From NCBI GenBank assembly GCA_965223325.1, contig CBDCWI010000002.1:2752001-2816000 (forward strand): a stretch of 64,000 nt of DNA, in the 5' to 3' direction. Positions 58,219 through 64,000 of this stretch are shown here, one piece after another (the first letter of the stretch is position 1; each line of letters starts with the position of its first letter). The stretch comes from Candidatus Multivoradales bacterium. Its GTDB lineage: Bacteria; Acidobacteriota; Thermoanaerobaculia; Multivoradales; Multivoraceae. Under the pieces are notes generated by a model. That model was not told the origin of the DNA and made no database searches. It saw only the letters and a program-made list of their open reading frames with translations. The position numbers and the translations under genes were made by a program.

Positions 58219-59946
58219 TCAGGAGACTGCCGCAACCGTCGCTTCCTCGAGGAAACGTTCGATGTCTTCCCAGGGGCGGTCGGCGAGCAGCGGGTTCCTC
58301 CGACTGGCGCGCACCACGTCGATCGCGCTACCGCTCTTGCCGTCGCGAATCGTGAAGTCAGCGCCGGCAACATAGAGCAACTCGAGAACATCGAGGTGAC
58401 CGGCTCGGCAGGCCAGCATGACCGGGCAGGATCCGCCCGAACGCGCACCACGGTCGGGATCGGCGCCGGCCGCGAGCAGACACTCGACCAGGGCGCCATC
58501 GCCGCGGATACTGGCGATCATCAGCGCCGTCCAGTCCAGGCGATAGTCGACGTAGACGCCACCCGCGAGCAACTGCAGGAGGGCGTCGAGGTCGCCACGA
58601 TCGGTCGCTTCGAGCATCGCCACTTCCGCCAGACCGTCATCTTGCGCACCGTATTCACGCAGCAAGGCTGCAGCGCGCGTGTGCCCCTTTTGCACCGCGT
58701 AGGCGAGTGCCGTACTGCCATCGTCGTCGCGCGGGCAGGGATCCGCTCCGAGTTCGAGCAGACAGCTGAGTGAATCGAAGTAGGCGACCCCGGTGGCGAG
58801 GCACAGAATCAGCGCCGTGCGCTGGCGCGCGTCGCGCGCATTCACGTCGGCGCCGGCGGCATGCAAACGACGCAGGGTCTCGGGGCGACGATGGCCGAAC
58901 CACGAGTAGGCGGCGAGCATGAGTGCTGTCTGGCCCTCCTCGCCGGGCGCCCGTGAGGTCAGGTTGGGATCGGCGTCTGACACCAGCAGGAGATCGAGAA
59001 TCGCAGGTGGCGCTGCAATCGATGCTTCCATGAGCGGGGTCCGGCCCTCACCGTCGTAGACATCGACCGAGGCACCCTCGGCCAACGCCCGACTGGCGTC
59101 TGCCACCCGGCCGATGGCAACCGCACGCAGCAGCTGCGACTCGGGTGACGTGGGATCGGCCCGCGACAGGTTGCGGCGACGCTCGAACGCCTCCTCCTGC
59201 GCCAATTGGCAGGTACGGTGATCGGCCAGCAAGGAGTAGACCTCGGAGTTGCCGCTGCTCTCGGCGGCAACCAGAACGCGAGCGCCTACCCGCGCGCCCT
59301 CAGCAATCAGGCGCTCGACAATCTCGAGATGGCCGCGCGCCGCCGCTTCAATGAGCGGCGGCCACCGGTCGTCGCGAGGCGATGTCAGCCCTGCCGCCAG
59401 GACTCGTTCGACGGCATCGAGGCGACCCATTTCGCAGGCCAGGCTGAGGGGGCGAACGTCGCGACCATCGCGGCGGCCGTCCGCGACTCTCGCCAGCAGC
59501 ATTTCGAGCAAATCGAGGCGATCGTAGACCACTGCGGTTTCAACGGCCGACGCCGGTGCATAGCGCGCCTCGAGGGCACGATCGCGGTGGGTGTCTTCGA
59601 GCACGATCACACTGCGCATGACGGGCTGGGCAGCGACATCCTCGAGCAACTCGCTGACCACCTCGTCGACGCTCGCAACCGGCCGCGGCTGCCACTGCCC
59701 TCCGGTCATCGGCCGCCGGTGTTCGAGAGGATCTTCGTCGGCCGCAAGCAGCGCGGCGATGACCTCAGGCCATCCACCCCGAACAGCGACCATCAGAGGG
59801 GTCGACCCGTACTGGTCACACACACCGACGAGGCCGGCCTCGATTCCACGGCGCACGACATCGATCTGGCCCGAGGCCACAGCCTCTAGCCAGCGCGCCG
59901 GTGGGTGGACTTCTTCTTTCGCGGTCTGTTGTCGGGACAGGGGCAT
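58219..59946 (-). CDS. Ankyrin repeat protein
   Basis: Many GxTPLMxA / GxTALxxA ankyrin repeats. Confidence 0.9.
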   Translation of the reverse strand: MPLSRQQTAKEEVHPPARWLEAVASGQIDVVRRGIEAGLVGVCDQYGSTPLMVAVRGGWPEVIAALLAADEDPLEHRRPMTGGQWQPRPVASVDEVVSELLEDVAAQPVMRSVIVLEDTHRDRALEARYAPASAVETAVVYDRLDLLEMLLARVADGRRDGRDVRPLSLACEMGRLDAVERVLAAGLTSPRDDRWPPLIEAAARGHLEIVERLIAEGARVGARVLVAAESSGNSEVYSLLADHRTCQLAQEEAFERRRNLSRADPTSPESQLLRAVAIGRVADASRALAEGASVDVYDGEGRTPLMEASIAAPPAILDLLLVSDADPNLTSRAPGEEGQTALMLAAYSWFGHRRPETLRRLHAAGADVNARDARQRTALILCLATGVAYFDSLSCLLELGADPCPRDDDGSTALAYAVQKGHTRAAALLREYGAQDDGLAEVAMLEATDRGDLDALLQLLAGGVYVDYRLDWTALMIASIRGDGALVECLLAAGADPDRGARSGGSCPVMLACRAGHLDVLELLYVAGADFTIRDGKSGSAIDVVRASRRNPLLADRPWEDIERFLEEATVAAVS

Positions 59947-60121
59947 CTGAGGGGCTACCAGAGGGGAATCGAGTTGAGGTCGGCAGCTAGATGCGCAGCC
60001 TCAATATGAATCCTCGAATTGTATCGAAGCGTCTCATTCACCTCAAATAACTCTTTTTTCTATTAAAATTGCACCCTCTGGCTCTGCTGCGAACCCCGAG
60101 CTCACTGAGGACCCCTGCGCG

Positions 60122-60886
60122 ATGATGCAATTCCTTCCGGATCCAGGCCTCTGGCACCTGCTGCTGTCTCTCCCCGCCGCTCTCTACCTGCTGGGCCCGA
60201 TTCTGGTGCACAGCAGCGTCCAGGCGAAAGCGACTCCACGTCCGAGGAAGACCACCCGGGAGCAGATGCCAAACGACCTCCTGCCGCTCGCCGACATCGC
60301 GGTCGTCCAGCTGCAGTACTGCGGTTTCGAGAACCCGAACTTCATTGCCATCGAAGAACCATCGCCAAACCAGTCGGTGACTGGTGTGGTGACTTTTCAT
60401 CCCGAAGGCTCCACCGGTTGCCGCTGGGGCTTCTATCAGGGAGGTATCCAGAAGACGACCTATCTCGAGTTCGTTTCGATGCTCGACGACGGTCACTGGG
60501 TGATCACCAACAACAACAAGGTCGAGCGTGCCTTCGCTCCCTCTCAGATCTCATCGCAGGCCAACTTCCCCGAGCGTCAGACCGTCGAAGAGCTGTGGAA
60601 GGCTCACCGAGCCCACCTGCGGCTGGTCTCCCGGGGGCGCACGGTTCAGGTGCGCACCGAGAAGTCGATCGAGGAAGACATGGCCCTCGCCATGCGCCAG
60701 AGCTACGAAGAACAGGTCCGCCTGGGCATGTTCCACCATCAAACCAGCGACGACACCTTTCGCCCAACCTGGCGCGGCGCTTTCCTGATGACCTGGCGCC
60801 TGCTTTTCCCCTGGAAAACGCTCACTCGGCGACTCGAGAGCAAGCGTGCCGCCGAGATCGGCCGCGTCGCCAACCAACTGGCCTGA
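60122..60886 (+). CDS. Hypothetical membrane-anchored protein
   Basis: N-terminal TM helix, coding-like composition, C-terminal RPTWRGAFLMTWRLLFPWK. Confidence 0.65.
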   Translation: MMQFLPDPGLWHLLLSLPAALYLLGPILVHSSVQAKATPRPRKTTREQMPNDLLPLADIAVVQLQYCGFENPNFIAIEEPSPNQSVTGVVTFHPEGSTGCRWGFYQGGIQKTTYLEFVSMLDDGHWVITNNNKVERAFAPSQISSQANFPERQTVEELWKAHRAHLRLVSRGRTVQVRTEKSIEEDMALAMRQSYEEQVRLGMFHHQTSDDTFRPTWRGAFLMTWRLLFPWKTLTRRLESKRAAEIGRVANQLA

Positions 60887-60921
60887 GGCAAGAGCGCCAA
60901 GCTCCTGCTAGCGTCGGTGGC

Positions 60922-61566
60922 ATGACCCGAGACCTACGCCACATACGCCGTGACTACGAGACTGGCGGCCTCGACCCCGCGACACTGCCCGATCAACCAC
61001 TGGAACTGCTCGAAACGTGGGTCGACGAGGCAATCGCCGGTGGTGAAGCCGAACCCAATGCGATGGCGCTGGCGACCGTCGACGAAGACGGCACCCCATC
61101 GGTGCGCATCGTTCTCCTGCGCGGTCTCGACGAGCGCGGCCTTCACTTCTTCACCAACTACGAAAGCCGCAAGGCCGAACAGATCGCCCAGAATCCCCGT
61201 GCGGCAGCGACCTTCTTCTGGACCGGCCTTCATCGTCAGGTGCGGGTCGAAGGCAAGATCCGCCGGCAGCCAGCAGACGAATCCGACGACTACTTCGCCA
61301 GTCGGCCGCGCGGCAGCCAGATCGGCGCCTGGGCCTCGCCTCAAAGCAGGGTGCTCGAGAGCCGGAACGAGTTGGAAGAGCGCATCCAGGAAGTCGAAGC
61401 GCGTTTCGCGGGCAGCACACCTCCCAGACCGGCGTTCTGGGGTGGCTACGTCCTCGAGGTAGAACGGTGGGAGTTCTGGCTCGGCCGCCAGAGTCGGCTT
61501 CACGACCGCGTTTTGTACCTGCCGACCGAGGGCGGCGCCTTCACGAAACAACGCCTGGCACCGTAG
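60922..61566 (+). CDS. pdxH: Pyridoxine/pyridoxamine 5'-phosphate oxidase
   Basis: RRDY, EPNAMALATV, FFTNYESRK, RQVRVEG, SRPRGSQIGAWASPQS, EFWLGRQSRLHDR. Confidence 0.96.
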   Translation: MTRDLRHIRRDYETGGLDPATLPDQPLELLETWVDEAIAGGEAEPNAMALATVDEDGTPSVRIVLLRGLDERGLHFFTNYESRKAEQIAQNPRAAATFFWTGLHRQVRVEGKIRRQPADESDDYFASRPRGSQIGAWASPQSRVLESRNELEERIQEVEARFAGSTPPRPAFWGGYVLEVERWEFWLGRQSRLHDRVLYLPTEGGAFTKQRLAP

Positions 61567-61594
61567 ACCGGGAACCCCCTGGAAGCCCAGGGCC

Positions 61595-63991
61595 TCAGGG
61601 GACCGTCCGGCTCCAGCCCGTGGTCACGCCGCCTTCGAAGCCATCGCCGAAGATCTCATTCGAGGTGTCTTCGAACACCGCGGTGCGCATCAGGTTCTGA
61701 TTGGCAACCACCGTGTGACTCCGATTGCCACCGTCCGACCAGCTGCTCCAGGTCCACGCTCGCTGCCCGAGCGTTTGTGGCGAGGGTGCCGCCAAAGCGA
61801 CACTGGAGCCGCGCACCACCGTTGCCACCAGCGGTGCAGCGACACTGCCACTGAGGCTCGCGTCACCCGAGACCTCGAGAACGCGGCCCGGTGGCACACT
61901 CACCAGGGTGACGGTCACCGTTTCGGGCACCAGGAAGACGCTGGTCTGATCGACCTTCGACGAGCTGTCGCGAGCTAGAAGCACCAGCTCGAGGTAACCG
62001 GGGAGTTCGAGATCTGGACCCACGAACGAAGCGTTCAGCCCGGTGCGGTTGCTCCAGACTTCAGACACCGCGCAGGAGCCCCCAGGAGGGCAATGATGGG
62101 CGCGGAGGGTCCAGAACAGTCGGTTGCCCGCCAACGAGCCGTCTTGTGGATCAAGCGCCGAGCCCGAATAGGAGATCGATTGCCCGACCCTCCAGGTCGC
62201 TCCACTTCCAGGTGTGTTGATGCTGGCCGTCGGCGCATTGGCGTCAGCGGTGATCTGGATCGAGGCGGTGTCGCTGGCTCCCTGTGGATCCGTGACGCGC
62301 AAGCGCACGGTCGTCGTTCCGGCACTGGCGAACGAAGCCACGGGGTCTGGCAGCGAGGAGTCGTCGTACTGACCATCGCCGTCGAGATCCCAAGCGAACC
62401 CCAGAGCGCCTCCGTCGGGGTCAAAGGAGCCCGAGCCGCGAAACGACACCGAGCGGCCCGTTGGTCCGCCGGCCTGGGTGCCCTCGGCCAGCTCGATCGC
62501 CGCGTTCGGCGAGCGGTTGCTCCCGTAGCGCAGTCGCTCGACGCGGCCCCCTTGAATGTCGACCCAGAAGATGTCCCCTTGCGGGCCAAGCGTCAGGTCG
62601 ACCTGAGCGGCGGTGAAGGGCTCGGAAAGAACGTCGCGCAGCGTCTCGGGGGTGCCGTCGCCGTTCTCGTCACGAATTGCCCAGACGCAGCCGCGGATGA
62701 AGTCGGTAAAGAAGACCGCACCGTCGTACGCCGCGGGATAGGGCCCGCCTCCGTAGACCGCCACGCCGGAAGGCGAGGCGTCACCACTGGCAGAACAGCC
62801 GCCCAGGGTCTGGTTCTGTCTGATCAGCAGATGAGGCGCCCGGTAGGGGGCGACGGGGCTCGCCGGCAAGGTGTGCGACTGACCGTGCATGCGACGACAG
62901 ACCTGACTCGAGTCGAACCCGGTTCGCCGAACGTCACCCTCGAAGCAAGGCCAACCAAAGTTCGACGGGGTCGAAACCGGCAGCGGCAATCGGTCGATCT
63001 CTTCGACTTCGTTCCAACCCACGTCGGCGATCCAGACGTCTCCTCCAGCACCATCAATCGCAAAACGGAACGGGTTGCGAAGCCCCCAGGCCATCAGACG
63101 CTGGGCGTTGGCATCGTTCCATGCAGAGAGCGGGTTGCCGGGAGCCGCCAATCCACTACCAGGGTCGATGCGCACAAGGGCACCGGAAAGCCCTACCGCG
63201 TCGCCAGGAGTCTCAATGTCCTGGGAACGGAGCGCGCCGCCCTCGCCAACCGGATCGTCTGGGAACTGATCGGAGGGCCAGGGTGCTGGCGGATCGCTGC
63301 CCGCTTGCCCGAGATCGGGAAAGTGAAACGACGCACCCTCGCCGCCACTTGCCCACAGCCAACCGTCGGCGTCGAACTCGAGATCGCCGACCGAGTGGCT
63401 CGGGTACTGCTGAAACCAGTCTTGCAGCAAGACCACCTCGGGCCCCACCGCCTGGTTCCCCTGCGCCTGCAAACGCGACAACCGGCCAGAGATCACGCAC
63501 CCTCCCGGATTGCCGTTGGCACCTGGTGGGTCGGGGCAGGTGTCGGCGTCGGTCGGCGGCACCGAACCCCACTTCGGGGGCCAACCCCGGCCAGCGTTGC
63601 GTGCCGGGTCGACGTCCGCGTCGGCACTGTAGAGGACATAGACCCAGGGGGAATCCGGAAAGTCAGGATCGAGGGCGAGGCCGACCAGGCCGCGGTCGAT
63701 GTGGTTCATCACCTGCTTGCGAAGATCGGCGAAAACATCGGGTGACGGGTCCGAGAGGCTGTCGTAGACCTTGACGATCCCTCTCTTCTCGGCCACGAAA
63801 ACCCGCCCGTCGCTGGCGAACACAACCGCCGTCGGCTCGGACAGGCCGTCAAAGACCACGAAGCGCTCGAACCCGGGCGCCAGGCCGTTGCCACCCGCAA
63901 GCACCGGAGACGAGAGCAGCGAGCTGGCTAAAGCGAGCATGAGGAGCGCAGCACGAGGGCCGCCGCAGCAGGTGGCCAGGGCTTGTCGCAC
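61595..63991 (-). CDS. PQQ-dependent glucose/sorbosone dehydrogenase-family beta-propeller with PKD domain
   Basis: DRGLVGLALDPDF, HSVGDLEF, GLRNPFRF, DVGWNEVEE, NFGWPCFEG, PKD (WDLDGDG...VRLRVTD); start uncertain. Confidence 0.88.
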   Translation of the reverse strand: MRQALATCCGGPRAALLMLALASSLLSSPVLAGGNGLAPGFERFVVFDGLSEPTAVVFASDGRVFVAEKRGIVKVYDSLSDPSPDVFADLRKQVMNHIDRGLVGLALDPDFPDSPWVYVLYSADADVDPARNAGRGWPPKWGSVPPTDADTCPDPPGANGNPGGCVISGRLSRLQAQGNQAVGPEVVLLQDWFQQYPSHSVGDLEFDADGWLWASGGEGASFHFPDLGQAGSDPPAPWPSDQFPDDPVGEGGALRSQDIETPGDAVGLSGALVRIDPGSGLAAPGNPLSAWNDANAQRLMAWGLRNPFRFAIDGAGGDVWIADVGWNEVEEIDRLPLPVSTPSNFGWPCFEGDVRRTGFDSSQVCRRMHGQSHTLPASPVAPYRAPHLLIRQNQTLGGCSASGDASPSGVAVYGGGPYPAAYDGAVFFTDFIRGCVWAIRDENGDGTPETLRDVLSEPFTAAQVDLTLGPQGDIFWVDIQGGRVERLRYGSNRSPNAAIELAEGTQAGGPTGRSVSFRGSGSFDPDGGALGFAWDLDGDGQYDDSSLPDPVASFASAGTTTVRLRVTDPQGASDTASIQITADANAPTASINTPGSGATWRVGQSISYSGSALDPQDGSLAGNRLFWTLRAHHCPPGGSCAVSEVWSNRTGLNASFVGPDLELPGYLELVLLARDSSSKVDQTSVFLVPETVTVTLVSVPPGRVLEVSGDASLSGSVAAPLVATVVRGSSVALAAPSPQTLGQRAWTWSSWSDGGNRSHTVVANQNLMRTAVFEDTSNEIFGDGFEGGVTTGWSRTVP

Positions 63992-64000
63992 GGAAAGAGG

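Overview
GC-rich bacterial chromosomal window, densely packed with about 46 CDS and two tRNA genes (Lys-TTT, Glu-TTC). The IPTL-CTERM protein, the C-terminal 'IFxDGFExG..WS' tail and the tricorn/M16 peptidases suggest Acidobacteriota, possibly Thermoanaerobaculia-like (inference only). Housekeeping genes: purA, aceK, msrA, pdxH, metY-metX and a beta-carbonic anhydrase. Also present: the start of an RND efflux operon, a TRAP transporter with a Tat-exported oxidoreductase, a CoA-transferase/HMG-CoA-lyase-like/MFS operon beside a divergent citrate-synthase / HTH-citrate-synthase pair, and many secreted hydrolases. I see no CRISPR-Cas, prophage or intact transposase. The most interesting signals are non-coding or tiny. 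(1) An unannotated 46-codon Cys/Met-rich leader peptide with a terminator and a candidate antiterminator upstream of metY-metX, a probable ribosome-dependent sulfur-amino-acid attenuator. (2) A composite repeat array downstream of tRNA-Glu, built from inverted copies of the tRNA 3' end carrying a hairpin inserted in the T-loop, with a coding-like spacer between two identical copies. (3) A CTAG-flanked MITE-like element. (4) A citrate-synthase-fold regulator with a candidate ATCAA-repeat operator. All product calls come from motif recognition by eye, not database searches.
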